A stretch of DNA of 64,000 nucleotides, from contig NW_003314414.1 of assembly GCF_000143415.4 (NCBI RefSeq), forward strand, positions 220,030 to 284,029, given 5' to 3'. A program made the translations under genes and the position numbers. The first letter of the stretch is position 1. Each line of letters starts with the position of its first letter. This stretch comes from Selaginella moellendorffii (taxonomy: Eukaryota; Plantae; Lycopodiophyta). Below are positions 1-13,400 of this stretch, in pieces. The notes beneath the pieces were generated by a model. The model ran no database searches and had not been told where the DNA came from. It saw only the letters and a list, made by a program, of their open reading frames with translations.

Positions 1-3000
1 TCATTAAGTTTTATATCCACCTTGTCAAAATAGTTCTCCATTTTATCAAACCTTTTATCCTAACATATCTGAGGATTGCATCAATATCTGAAACAATTCT
101 GTCGAGGCTTACTTCAATGTCATCAAGTTTCATATCCATCTTATCAAAACGGTTCTCCATTTCATCAAACCTCTTCTCAAAATATCTGAAGATTGCATCA
201 AATTCTAAGAAGCTCTATTTCGTTAAAGTGGGAATTGTCATTATCCCACTTGTAAAATAAGGTTTCCAAACCTTTATATAGTATATAAATATAACAAAAT
301 TCAACTGCATTGAGGCACATGCCATTTTATTTTAAACAAGGAAATGTCTACTCAATCACTTCTCCTCCCCCTACCACTGCTTCACCTCTCTCTTCTCCTT
401 GTCATCGTCGTCCAATTTCTTTCCATCCTTTTAATATTGGCTCAGTTGCTCTGAGTCTAGGTGGAGCCCAAGTCCCCATTCAATCTTTACTTTCCCCTTA
501 TTAATAAAACAACTTCGTAGACTTCCAATAACATGCTGTAACACTTCTAGTATAATGCAAATCCTCTCAAAGAATTGTCTTTTAATATTAATACAATGGC
601 ATGGAACCCCATGCCATAATAAGTTACATTTTTAAATAAATACATGCCATCTCAGACTGTTATTTTTTGCCTCCAACGCCTATACAATAATCTTGGAATT
701 TCATCACTCTCCACACTATCAGGATTTAAACCCAATAGTAATGCCATCTCTTCTCTAATACGTCCACGCTCATGTTCAGTGGTCGAAGAACCCATCCGGT
801 TGAGCAGATTATGGAGATGCGGATAGTGCTTGGCTAGACAATATACATGCCATAAATGATGACTGGTGTCTGTCCGATCAAATGGCTTTTGATATACCGT
901 TTCATCTGCCATTTGGTTGATTTCTGCAGCCACCTCCTGGACTGGCCAGTTCTCTATCACCATCGCTCCAAGCCGTTCTGCAAGGTCCCCCAGAACATAC
1001 AGTTTCTTCTCCCTAGTTTCCATACTGCAAGAGATGGGGTGCACTGCATATGTGTGCGTGTTCGCTGCAGTTTTAATCGGCGAGTCATCGATGATGAGGA
1101 TTTCACTTGACCTAGCAGTCCGGTTCATCACTACAGCCTCTGCCTTGACGAAGATGGGCTTGCTACCCCTCACATGGACCATAGTCAAGCAATCCTCCTG
1201 CGTTAGGAGAAAGTCAAATGGTAATATTACTCGCGTCTGATCGTGCATCATCTGTAGCAACGTTAATGCATTGTGGCGCATCATGGATGTCCAAACTCCC
1301 AATTGCAAATTGAACCCGGCCCTCTATTTTAAGTGTCGCATGGTCATTATTAGATCCCGCAGTTTCTCCCGTGTGATTAATGTGAATCTGTCTCTTTTGA
1401 CCAACTTGCGACCGCAGGCTTTGGAGGGTGCAGTGACATTCGAGGACGAGCCACGCTCATGGGAGAAAAGGACACCGTTCAGATCAAAAACGATACAGTA
1501 CCTTCGCCGTGACTCTGAAATGAAATGCGTCAGCATAAAAAATGGTACAAGTCAATTTTACCATCTACAATATTAGCGAATGGTGCTCCCAATGGTCGTT
1601 CAAAGGGTTTTGGTCAAGGAAACATGAAGGGCGGAAATACTCTCCTCTGCAATGTGGGGTCAATCGCATCCGATGGCGTGTGGGCACATGCCATTTCAGC
1701 TGTAGACTTTGGTACAACTGGCTCAACAGTGGCATGGGGTGGTTCCGATGGCGTGTGATCACACGCCTCCGTTGGCAAAGTGGACATGACCAAACAGGCA
1801 GCAGGGGCGGTGTAGGGAGGTTCCAACAGCGCGTAGTCAGACGATTAGGCACACGTTGAGTCCGTTGGAAATGAGGATACGACCGGCTCGGTGGCTGGGG
1901 CGGCCTCATGCGGGTCCAATGGCGCCTGGTCACTGTCAGTTGGATACGTGGACAAGATTGACTCAGTGGTATGGGCAGCATCAAGTGGAGCGTGGTCAGT
2001 TTGCTTGGCGTTGATATGGATAGTAGCCTCCACCAGCTCTGATGACTCTTGCAGGCAAGTAGAGTCCACTGGCGGATCCATATGCATGTCCAAATATCTC
2101 CCTTCGATTGAGATGGTATCCTCCCTACTGGCTACTAAAAACAAACTCATTAGCACATTGAATCGACTATACTGTATTTACCATCAACTGCTATTGAGGA
2201 ACTAGGACCGATATCACTTGGGCACACTGCTGATTCTGAAGGATTGGACATACGTTTCGACCCTTGCTTGGCACTATCCTTCCTCGACACTAAAGGCTAG
2301 AGTTTGTATCTTAATTCAACTGAATAATCTCTACTTACCATTTGCTTTGCGACCTACATGGACAATGTTAGAAATGGTAAAAGGTTAGGAATGGATGTAC
2401 TATTATTTACCTGATGGTTTGTCTTGTATGACCTTCCTCCGCTGCTCTTTGGCCACCTCAGGCTGGCCATCATCGTCATCATCGTCGTCGTCGTTATTGT
2501 GATCGTCACCATTGTGAGGACCATCCAAGTCCTCTTCGTCCTCCTCTTCTTCGTCCTCCTCTTCTTTGTCCTCCTCTTCGTCCTTCTGCTCTTCCTGCTC
2601 ATTATCTTTCTCTGTCTCCTCATCCCCCTCCTGCATTTCTTCCATAGGCTGCTCAGGCTGGATGGCTTGTTCTTCCAGGACCATCTTGGGAAAATCATTT
2701 GGCCGAGTCTCCATCTCAAAATACAAGACATCTATAGCCTGTTTTAGTGCGTGACCTAGGACCGTATCCTCACCCGACTGTCTTAACATGGTTTCTGCAC
2801 GTTCTTGCACCCTTCGAAAACGACGAGATGAGAAAAACGTGGCCCTGACTTGAAAAACATCCCTCATCCATTGTAATGCTCTATTTCGTTAAAGTGGGAT
2901 TTATTCAGTAAAATGGGACTAGGTACAAATTTTCAAGTATTTGAAAATGACTTGAAATTATATGTTTTTTGTCCAGGGGCTAGACATATCTAGGGCATGG

Positions 3001-3535
3001 TGACTAGCGCGGTGACCTTATGTCCAGACTGAGTCCATCTAGTTGTATAATAAATCTCATTGTCAAGGTGAACAAGCCGAATCTGAAGCTAAAGAAGAGC
3101 GATGGCATGCGCGCACACACTATTTGTTTGTTCATTGAGCGTGTGGTGAGCTTTCCAAGATGAACATCATTCCTATTAGCCAGACATATAACTTAATGGT
3201 GAGAACATTTAGATATTATTCAATGTTATCTTTTTCTAACGAATCTAATTGTGAAGGTGTAGCAAGAGGCATTGCTAGTCTGGAGAAGTCATTTAACTCA
3301 TTTGACCCTTAGTGTATTTTCATGAAACTAAATAACATTCATATTATTAAGGAATTTCTCTAGTACCTTTTTTTTACGACATAGAGGCTTGCATTTCTTT
3401 CAAAGGTGATTTAGTAAAAGGCCTGAGGGCACATGCCATTCTATTTCTCAGACCAGTATTAAGATATACTAGTGCAAAGGGAAAAAGGTATTTGGTGATC
3501 AAGTAAATGGCATGAGGGCACACGCCATTATAAGC

Positions 3536-3793
3536 CTAAGCGCTAGTGGACACCTCCTTTTTGGTACTCTCAGCGGTACTATCATCCTTCTCCGGGTCAG
3601 TTGTTTTGCTTTGGATTGTTGTCTCTGACGTTACTGGGGCGTTCTCGATAGTTGTTAATGTTGCCGTTTGTTCAGAAAAATGATCACCTGGAGTATAGTA
3701 CGGGGAGTTTGGAAGACTTATATATTCTACATCTTCACCTATCTCCTTCTCCATCTCCTTTTCTGCCTCACTTACAAATTTTGTGCTTGCCAT
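3536..3793 (-). CDS. 85-aa 'SPYYTPG' microprotein (nested copy)
   Basis: Near-identical copy of 18041-18298 with the frame intact. Confidence 0.6.
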   Translation of the reverse strand: MASTKFVSEAEKEMEKEIGEDVEYISLPNSPYYTPGDHFSEQTATLTTIENAPVTSETTIQSKTTDPEKDDSTAESTKKEVSTSA

Positions 3794-4504
3794 GAGAACG
3801 CTCTTCACCCTAAAATATGGAGTTCGTTGTGTTATAAAAGGAAACCAACACACACGCTGCAAGGGAATGATGGTACATAAAGCACGTAAGCCCACAATAT
3901 GGGTTTATGTGCCATTAATATGGGCCACACGCCATATTATTAGATTTATGCACGTGTGATTGGTAAATGCATATGTCACATCATCTTTGTTTTACCTCAC
4001 ACACTATATCAGGCCTAATGAACCATATCACATGTGCGCACATGCTATATATATGGAGAAGTATTATGCAAGGATAGAAATTCAATGCATGATTGTGGAG
4101 AGCAATGGCATGAAGCCACATGCTAAATAACATTTTAGAGAAAGAATTAAAATAAAAACATGCAAACAGTACTAAGTGGACCAAGACTTAGAAGTGCACA
4201 ATTGAATGAGGTATTTCTAATAAATACTTCACTCACCTCATATAGGAATGGCTACCACTCTCAAATGGCGTATCGCCTCATGCCATCACCTCGCAATTTG
4301 TTATAACAATCCGATGAATTCATATTCGGCTTGTTCACCTTGAACTTTAAGTAAGATTTGCTAGAACAACTAAGAATTTATATTTGTTATTTGTATCATC
4401 TCACCTAGGAATGGCGTAAGGCCACATGCCATCACGCCTCCTCTGATTCAGATTCGGATTGTTCACCTTGAAATAAAATACATTAGAAACTTAGTAAAGG
4501 AATA

Positions 4505-5971
4505 TTAATGAATCTCACCTTGAACCCGGGTTATGAATGCTCTTGCTGCATCTCTTGCATGGTCTGGCAAGGTGATGGTGGCACTCTGCTTCCGCATCCA
4601 ACCATGCACAACATTATCCACCGATATGCTCATGCTGGGATCCCTTGGATTCAGCACCCATCTCTTTTCTAGGCAATCGTTCGTATATCCGGAACTTGGC
4701 TTGAACCACTCCACAGTTACATTGAAGGAGTTAGTTTCCGCGTCCTCCTCTGCATCAGTGATGCAGCGCCCCACCCATATCATTTGTTTTTTATTACTGG
4801 GTCTGACAAGCACGACCATTCCTTTGCAGACTTGTACTGGATTGAATGCTGAATCCGGCTTCTTGTTCCTCGGCCCACAATAGTGATCCTCAACATCGTT
4901 ATCTGTCACTGCATTTCCAGAGGACATTGTTCCGCTACTATCTGATGCTCTGGGTTCTGGCCAAAAGGACTCTTCCAATTCTTCATATACAACCGGCCCA
5001 TTTTGGATAGCAGATATAATCTTCTCCCAGTATTCGAGCAAAGGCTTGCACCTCTGAAAATAGGATTCTCCACCAAACACCAACCCCCTCTTCCAGAAGG
5101 CAATATGCTGTCTAATCCCGGCCACTATACTTTCCTGGTCTTTGAGTCCATCCGGGTGCATCGGCCGTGGGGAACCCTGAGGAATCATAGGTTCCCCAGT
5201 TATGGGATCTCTCTTGAAGAGTTCAATGCCGTCCACTGGCAGCCACACTGTGTCCCATTCTCTCATCTTGTACCTCATCACTGGAGCACCGTCACACATG
5301 CTGAAATGAAACTGAAGAGGCTTGGAGTGGCCAATCAGCGTTTCGGATCCGTCCCTGATGTAGCCTCTTACAAACCCTTTAAAGTCTGGAACCTCTGTCA
5401 GAAGTGCAGCTTCAACAGTGCCTTTGATGCAATTTTGGAATTCATCGTAGAGTTGTGGGAGGGTGAGGACATTGGATCGCCGGAGGGACTCTGCCAGGTG
5501 ACTAAACATGGCATCGACGTCTTCATGAGTGTGCCCAACCATGAGAAAGCCAAGTGTAACCGTTTCAAATATGCCTTTGGCAACAAGCATCGCCAAGTAC
5601 GCGAAGACGTACATGTTTTTGTTCTCACTGCCAGCATTGTCTGTTTGGAGCAGAAGATGGGGTGGAAGGCCACATCGGCCACAAGAACTTCCTTGAGATT
5701 CTGCTTCGTTTGGATGAAGCTGTGCATTCACCGGGCGACCAGCCTCGTCGGAATGGCATGAGGCCTCACGTGATAACCCTACAATCTGACGGCCAACATA
5801 TTCACTGGGATGGCATGGGGCCCCACGAGATACTGCAAGCCTTTGCTCCTCCTCCAGCTGAACCCTGTATGGGGTTCGATCGACAAGGGCCTTATGCAAG
5901 GGTTGGCCGTTCAGCTCAGTCTGCGCACTTTGCAGAGACCTTAAGTGTTTTGCTAGGGACGCAATCATCAT
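4505..5971 (-). CDS. Uninterrupted 3' part of the Sola-like transposase in the nested derivative (lacks N-terminus and first catalytic Asp region)
   Basis: 488-aa ORF nearly identical to parent 15861-17327; contains TDNAGSENKN and GHTHEDVD. Confidence 0.75.
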   Translation of the reverse strand: MMIASLAKHLRSLQSAQTELNGQPLHKALVDRTPYRVQLEEEQRLAVSRGAPCHPSEYVGRQIVGLSREASCHSDEAGRPVNAQLHPNEAESQGSSCGRCGLPPHLLLQTDNAGSENKNMYVFAYLAMLVAKGIFETVTLGFLMVGHTHEDVDAMFSHLAESLRRSNVLTLPQLYDEFQNCIKGTVEAALLTEVPDFKGFVRGYIRDGSETLIGHSKPLQFHFSMCDGAPVMRYKMREWDTVWLPVDGIELFKRDPITGEPMIPQGSPRPMHPDGLKDQESIVAGIRQHIAFWKRGLVFGGESYFQRCKPLLEYWEKIISAIQNGPVVYEELEESFWPEPRASDSSGTMSSGNAVTDNDVEDHYCGPRNKKPDSAFNPVQVCKGMVVLVRPSNKKQMIWVGRCITDAEEDAETNSFNVTVEWFKPSSGYTNDCLEKRWVLNPRDPSMSISVDNVVHGWMRKQSATITLPDHARDAARAFITRVQGEIH

Positions 5972-6090
5972 GTTTGCACCCCCGCCACCCCATAGAGGTC
6001 CAATCCTTCAGAATCAGCAGTGCGCCCAAGTGATATCGGTCCTAGTTCCTCAATAGCAGTTGATGGTAAATACAGTATAGTCGATTCAAT

Positions 6091-7598
6091 GTGCTAATGA
6101 GTTTATTTTTAGTAGCACGGGAGGATACCATCTCAATCGAAGGGAGATATTTGGACATGCATATGGATCCGCCAGTGGACTCTACTTGCCTGCAAGAGTC
6201 ATCAGAGCTGGTGGAGGCTACTATCCATATCAACGCCAAGCAAGCTGACCACGCTCCACTTGATGCTGCCCATACCACTGAGTCAATCTTGTCCACGTAT
6301 CCAACTGACGGTGACCAGGCGCCATTGGACCCGCATGAGGCCGCCCCAGCCGCCGAGCCGGTCGTATCCTCATTTCCAACGTGTGCCCAATCGTCTGACT
6401 ACACGCCGTTGGAACCTCCCTACACCGCCCTTGCTGCCTGTTCGGTCATGTCCACTTTGCCAACGGAGGCACCAGCTGAAATGGCGTGTGATCACACGCC
6501 ATCGGAACCACCCCATGCCACTGTTAAGCCAGTTGTACCAGAGTCTACAGCTGAAATGGCATGTGCCCACACGCCATCGGATGCGATTGACCCCACATTG
6601 CAGAGGAGAGTATTTCCGCCCTTCACGTTTCCTCGACCAAAACCCTCTGAACGACCATCGGGAGCACCATTCGCTAATATTGTAGATGGTAAAATTGACT
6701 TGTACCATTTTTTATGCTGACGCATTTCATTTCAGAGTCACGGCGAAAGTACTGTATCGTTTTTGATCTGAACGGTGTCCTTTTCTCCCATGAGCGTGGC
6801 TCGTCCTCGAATGTCACTGCACCCTCCAAAGCCTGCGGTCGCAAGTTGGTCAAAAGAGACAGATTCATATTAATCACACGGGAGAAACTGCGGGATCTAA
6901 TAATGACCATGCGACACTTAAAACAGAGGGCCGGGTTCAATTTGCAATTGGGAGTTTGGACATCCATGATGCGCCACAATGCATTAACGTTGCTACAGAT
7001 GATGCACGATCAGACGCGAGTAATATTACCATTTGACTTTCTCCTAACGCAGGAGGATTGCTTGACTATGGTCCATGTGAGGGGTAGCAAGCCCATCTTC
7101 GTCAAGGCAGAGGCTGTAGTGATGAACCGGACTGCTAGGTCAAGTGAAATCCTCATCATCGATGACTCGCCGATTAAAACTGCAGCGAACACGCACACAT
7201 ATGCAGTGCACCCCATCTCTTGCAGTATGGAAACTAGGGAGAAGAAACCGTATGTTCTGGGGGACCTTGCAAAACGGCTTGAAGCGATGGTGATAGAGAA
7301 CCGGCCAGTCCAGGAGGTGGCTGCAAAAATCAACCAAATGGCAGATGAAACGGTATATCAGAAGCCATTTGATCGGACAGACACCAGTCATCATTTATGG
7401 CATGTATATTGTCTAGCCAAGCACTATCCGCATCTCCATAATCTGCTCAACCGGATGGGTTCTTCGACCACTGAACATGAGCGTGGACGTATTAGAGAAG
7501 AGATGGCATTACTATTGGGTTTAAATCCTGATAGTGTGGAGAGTGATGAAATTCCAAGATTATTGTATAGGCGTTGGAGGCAAAAAATAACAGTCTGA
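6091..7598 (+). CDS. 3' exons of the cargo gene in the nested copy: Pro-rich exon spliced to an FCP1/NIF-like HAD phosphatase domain (stop-free here)
   Basis: 47-nt GT-AG intron 6689-6735 joins ...NIVD|ESRRKYCIVFDLNGVLF in frame; HAD motifs DLNGVL, VWTS and IIDDSPIK. Confidence 0.7.
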
Positions 7599-10500
7599 GA
7601 TGGCATGTATTTATTTAAAAATGTAACTTATTATGGCATGGGGTTCCATGCCATTGTATTTATATTAAAAGACAATTCTTTGAGAGGATTTGCATTATAC
7701 TAGAAGTGTTACAGCATGTTATTGGAAGTCTACGAAGTTGTTTTATTAATAAGGGGAAAGTAAAGATTGAATGGGGACTTGGGCTCCACCTAGACTCGGA
7801 GCAACTGAGCCAATATTAAAAGGATGGAAAGAAATTGGACGACGATGACAAGGAGAAGAGAGAGGTGAAGCAGTGAGAAGTGATTGAGTAGACATTTCCT
7901 TGTTTAAAATAAAATGGCATGTGCCTCAATGCAGTTGAATTTTGTTATATTTATATACTATATAAAGGTTTGGAAACCTTATTTTACAAGTGGGATAATG
8001 ACAATTCCCACTTTAACGAAATAGAGCTTTGTACCTCTCCATTGAGATTGGGGAAGGGGAGTCCGCCATAGGAATCTGAGTCAGGAGGTGGTGACCGTGA
8101 GGCATTACCTATCATTTTTTCATTGCCCTTCTTCCTTTTCGAATCAAATGCCTCTGATCCCGACGACTGTCCAACGTGCTTTCGCTTTTTATGTTAGTTT
8201 GAGCTTGGCTGGTGCTTGCCTGTTTTGCCTTTGAAGAAGTGTCTCCTGCAAGGAATGGCATGAGACCACACGCCATTGCAAATATAATTTGTACCTCCTT
8301 TTTTCCTATTGCTTGTCTGTTTGTCCTTCTTCGACGTGCCACCAGTGCGCTTTTCAGTCCTCGTATCTGAATATTCACAACGATCTATAATCAAAATGAC
8401 GTGAGGCCTCACGTGACCTTACCTTGTGCAGGTTGTGAGCTCGGCCCAACATGGGTATCTTCAACAGTAGCTGTTAACGCCGTTTCAGCATCTGGGGGTG
8501 GCCACGCTCCTGCATACAGAGCTTGTGAGATAACATTTAAACTTAAAGTGCGTACTCACCAGGTTCACAGAGAAGATACTGTTTTTCTTTGGCAACTGTA
8601 ATTATATGCTTCATTGAAGTCACCTCTTCAATGGAGTTTGTCACCGCAACACACGGGACACCCTTGAGTAGTGCGGCTCGAAAGAATAGTTCGCCGCAGT
8701 TGTATTCGACAACGCATTTGCCCTTGGAGTCGGAAGCAGGTGCTATTGCGTTGAAGACCCAGCTGAGCATTTCCCATGCTGCACCTAGAGCTTTCTCTAG
8801 ATTCGAAAGCTCCATAGCCATCTTCAGTTCCTCAGGCACGGGTAAATTGACCTCCCTCAGATCAATTCGATCGGCCTTGTCGAACGAAGTTGGGAAGTCA
8901 CTCCAGTCCCACTCTGCTGCAAGACCAATAACAAGGGCGAGTGTAAAGATGCGGACATTTGTCGGTATCTTCTTCTAAGCCATTATCCCATGGATCTCCT
9001 GCATCTCCTTGCCTTTCAACCGAGCCTTCACCTCGTTCAAGGCCTTCCAGAACTTGTGATAAAATTCGGAGTCGTAGATCATATAGTGGACTGAAGATTC
9101 CACCTCCGCAAGTCCCACCATTAAGTCAATGATGGAGCTGACTTCGTCTGCATAAGTGATCTCCTCGTTTGTGAAGTCCATCACACAAAAGATGTTCTTG
9201 ACCTGCTCATCTCCGTGGGAAACGATGCTCCTCCACCTTTGATCCTCATCTGAATTCACGTATACCCGGTAAGGTTCTCGATAGGCCTCTGCTGCGGGGT
9301 CGAGCTATTTCTAAAGCCGGCGGTTGACATCCCTCTTAATGAAATTTGGATATTGATCCAACTTCTCAACTTTACTTTTCGTGGCATCCCGCAGCAGATC
9401 GATGAACTTGGGGGCCCCCTTCACGTAGTCGTCGATGTCTTCATTTGACAAGTCCAGCTCTTCCATCATCTCTTGCGTGGTGTCGATGCTCACCCTCTCC
9501 ACGGCCACTTGCTCGAAGATCCAATCCTTCAATAGCGCACGAGCTCTCAGAGTCGTGCACAAGTCCTCGTATGTCACAATATGGCCGGGAGTCATTTTGG
9601 TCTTGTTGAAGACTACCTCACCACGTAGAAGAGCATTAGCCACTGTCAGAAGGTCGTCGTCGTCTAGAGACCGCGAGAAACGCAAGGCGTTGAGCTTCAA
9701 ATCATTGGGCTTCCGGCCGTCCTCCACACCCATTGAGTTTAGCAACTCCCCGTCATGGTACCTCCTCAGCACATCTACCCATTTGTCAAAAACAACTTTT
9801 GTCGCGAGTAGAATGTTATGGATGCTGAGTGTGTCATTGACCCCCAGTGTTTTCGAGAGAAGACTCGAGAATTCCTGCAATGGAAATGGCGTGAGGCCAC
9901 ATGCTATGCCACATGCAACGAGGATTACCTGCCAGGCGCTAGTTGCTAGTGCACGTCCTTGTCCTGGTTTTTGTGGCTTCTTCAGTTGAACCCAGAGCTT
10001 CCGTGTTCGTGCCAATGTCTCGTGCAGACCCGATTTGTAACACGTTTCTTGCTTGACATTCTGCGCGTGGGAGATGTATATGATAGATCGGAGGGGCGAG
10101 TTGCCTTTTATCAGGCGGACAACTCTTGTCTTGAAGACTTTCTTCACCTCCTCGCCCACCATAATATCCACAACTATTTGTTGCATCGCCAAGCTAGAAT
10201 GCTGCCCGGAGACGGCATAGAACCGGATGTTCTGATCGTCCAACACCTTCCTATTGATCAAGTCTGGAAACCTCGTCTCGCCCTTCATTGTTCGGTAGTA
10301 GGGGATCACGTCTGCGATGTCGGGTGTTACTGGACTTGCCAGCATCTTCTGCTTCAGTTTCTCCACCCACTCATCAGATACTAGCCTATGGTTGTATTTG
10401 CTTTGGATGTCGATACGGCTCACGTCGATTGTATATACTTTGTTGGAATAATAACAAGTACTATTATCTGCGACGATTTTTGCTGCCTCTTCTTGCTCTT

Positions 10501-12074
10501 TCTGCTCTTTGCGGCTCTTCTTTTTGGTGGGTGTAGTGTTCGAACCCGAAGCAATGGCATCACCGAGTAGCTTCTTTTTTGGAGCAAGAAAGTCGGACGT
10601 CGGCTTGAGCTTGACCACCCTTTTCTGCTTCAGGGTAGTTTCCATATCGACCCCCTTCCCCTTCGCTTTGCGAATTGGAGGCACTCTCAACGGCTCAATG
10701 TTGGAATATAGTTTTTGAACATCGCCGTAGGTGAGGTCTGTGGATTCCATGTGATCTTCATAGACCTGCAGCGTTTTTGAAATTGTGGGCCTCGTGGACA
10801 ACCTCTCCCTAGCTCCCTCTAGGAATTCCTCATAGCCGCTGCCCCCCTCCAGGAAGCTGCTAGGATGTGCAAGGTGGATCTTGAAGGCGGACGCTGTCTC
10901 TACCACAAGTGCCAGTCCATATTCTTGCATGGAACTGCATGGAGTGTCTGTCACTTGGATGAGGATCCCCATGCATTCTTTTCTCCCACCATCTGTGTTG
11001 TACAGCCTCAGATCCTCGCCTTCCATCCCGAAAGTCCAACTGGTGAGCTCCTCCCCCTTCTCTGCATCCACATTGACAGTGGCTGGAAGAAAAACGCAAT
11101 TCCTCGCCTGTTCAGAAATGCACAACAATTAGAGCTGACAGATGAAAAGCTAGCAGCTGGAAATAACATGAGGCCACACGCCATTCACCACTGCATCAGA
11201 TGTCTTGAGGCTGCATCCTAAGATGGCATGAGGCTACACACCATCTGTAACCGGACTGCACTCGAGAGCCCAATCGGTGCATGCCAATGTTGCTACTGAA
11301 TGGCATGTGGCCTCATGCCATTTTCTACTTGGCCTAAAAGACTTACCATTTGAAGCCGAATGGAGGCGTGACAATCGAGGCCGGACTCGCTGGCGAATGT
11401 GCACTGTGTGTGCAGCGGATCGTAGCAACAAGGCTACTCTGCCACTTAACAGTTGGAGAGTGGCGCTGAAATCTCCCGGGACGCCAAGTGGGCTGCGTGT
11501 GGGTGGCGGAGTGGGCGGCGGAGTTGGCGGCGAAGTTACAAACTGGGTGTGTCTTGAAGTGGACGCCGATGCACACGAGCGCGATGCGAGCACGAGTGTG
11601 ATGCAAGCGCGAGTGGACGCCGATGCACACGAGAAACCTGTAGAGAAGGTAGATGAGCGCGAATGTGAGCGTGATCGCAAGTGTGATGCGAGCGCGAGCG
11701 TGAGCGCGAGTGTGCGAGCGTGAGTACGAAGCAAAATGCAAAACCTAACCTCACACGCGCGAAATGTCACAACGGTTGGTAATCCCGCCACGTCATCATT
11801 CCTCGGACTTGGGCGCCACCATTAATTTCTGGATTGCCGCGCGCATGCAAGCACGCAAAATCCAAAAGAAATCCGCAACGTCATCATTCCTCGGACTGCA
11901 TGCACGCGAAATCCAAAAGAAAGATTGATCATGATTGGGATATCATTTAATACCCTCGCTATATTTATACCATGCATGATTGGATATTCCAAAGCATCTT
12001 GTATTTCCAAAAATGGCAGATGTTCAACTAAATAAAGAAATTCTATCTGTTTCTATTTTTCTCTCAAATTAATA

Positions 12075-13400
12075 TTATAGCGTGTGGGCTCATGCAATTT
12101 TGAACCAAAGAAACCCAAAAAACGTTGGACCCAAAATATTTTGAAAAAACCCAAAAAACCCTAAACATTTTAAACCCAAAAATCCAGGCGTCCTGTGGCG
12201 TTATTCCTTGAATGGCGTGTGGGCGCATGCCATTTTCAGGGCCAAATGCTGAATGGAGAAAAATTCCCTTTCAGTACAAATGCTGCAAGAGGCAGATGCC
12301 GAGCACAAAGGATTGTAACTACCTCACATGACACAGATAAACTTTTCTTTATTTGGCAAAGATAAACTTTATAGCGTGTGGGCTCATGCAATTTTGAACC
12401 CAAAAAATGCACCAAAAGATTCTCGGCGTCATCTGGCGTTATCTCTTGAATGGCGTGGGGCCGCATGCCATTTTCAGGGTCACATAGGAGTATATTCCTA
12501 GGAGATTCTGACACGCACGAGATTTTTTTGAGTTTTCTGGAGATCTAACTGTTAGATCGCAACTAGATTTTACAGAATGGTATACAATGTCTTTCTTGAT
12601 GACCCTACAAAGAAGCATCTCGATCGGACACCACATGAGACCACACGAGCCTTACAATGTTTCAAAGGCATTTGCCATAGATCCGACCGTTATTTTGCTC
12701 CAAGATTTTACAGTTTGATGTGCATTGACCTTTCCATCGACACTGCAAAGGGACATCACAATCAGATGCGAGATCACAAGAAACTAACTTCACTAACTCT
12801 GGTTTCACCAAGATCTACGTAAGGAGTTATGAAATGAAAGGACCCTCTCTATTGAAATGTGTTTATGGTTCTAGGGGCATTGTGACATATCAAAGGATTT
12901 TGCATCAAGTTCTGTATTTGCATGTTTATCAAGCTACTGAATTGCTAAACCCTAAACCCTAAACATGTGGCAAATGCTGCGTGAAGAAAGATGCTCTTTC
13001 TGGGCAAATGCTGTAAGAGGCAGATGCCGAGCAGATGTATCTCACGCTAGCGAAGGGGACAAACGAAAGCTAGCTATAAAAATGACGGGATGCAAATAGA
13101 TTACTAGGCTGGTCCTGCGAAAATCAAAAACCATAATTGAAAACATTGAAAATGCAAAAAGAAAGGTTTATAATATTTTTGAATTTTAAGCAACCAAAGG
13201 AATGTAAGTAGGGCATGTGTTTGTAAGTTTAAAAATGCCTCAACCACTTAAATTCCCAAGTAAATAAAGCTGTTTCTATTTTTGGTACAGGTAAACTTTA
13301 TAGCGTGTGGGCTCATGCAATTTTGAACCCAAAAATGCACCAAAAAATGCTCGACTAGCATTATTCTTTGAATGGCGTGTGGCCTTATATTGCCATAAAT
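12075..13400 (+). repeat. Three direct repeats in the divergent promoter region, each starting TTATAGCGTGTGGGCTCATGCAATTTTGAACC and followed by a palindrome copy
   Basis: Identical 32-mer at ~12075, ~12369 and ~13298; telo-box-like TAAACCCTAAACCCTAAAC at ~12946-12964. Confidence 0.8.

Larger units (their letters stand above)
2876..8029 (-). mobile_element. Non-autonomous internal-deletion derivative of the same transposon, inserted in inverted orientation inside the parent
   Basis: Starts ATGCTCTATTTCGTTAAAGTGGGA and ends ...CGAAATAGAGCTT; TSD TGTA at 2872-2875 and 8030-8033. Sequence is the reverse complement of parent ~15833-18958 joined to ~210-2249, with the junction at 5998-5999 and 2-bp microhomology. 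Confidence 0.93.
652..11349 (-). pseudogene. Multi-exon cargo gene: ParB/Srx-like domain, degenerate amino-MTase-like fold, basic/acidic region, Pro-rich exon, FCP1/NIF-like HAD domain; interrupted by the nested insertion
   Basis: ATG 11349-11347 followed by GT-AG intron 11346-11108 splices in frame to ARNCVFLP. ParB-like FYAVSGQHS. ORFs 9311-11128, 8975-9259 and 8543-8839 are in one frame, separated by TAG stops. The frame ...NGEVQWMRDVF... reconstitutes across the TGTA TSD into ORF 2403-2867. Short GT-AG introns then lead to the Pro-rich exon and the VFDLNGVL...WTS...IIDDSP exon. Confidence 0.6.

Noticed and set aside
1-205. Coiled-coil repeat coding remnant (RFDEMENRFDKMD, minus strand) at the insertion site
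   Set aside because: Short, duplicated and frameshifted; cannot be assigned from this window
210-8029. Large inverted duplication as an assembly artefact
   Set aside because: The inner copy has its own TIRs, a 4-bp TSD, a microhomology deletion junction and many SNPs/indels relative to the parent
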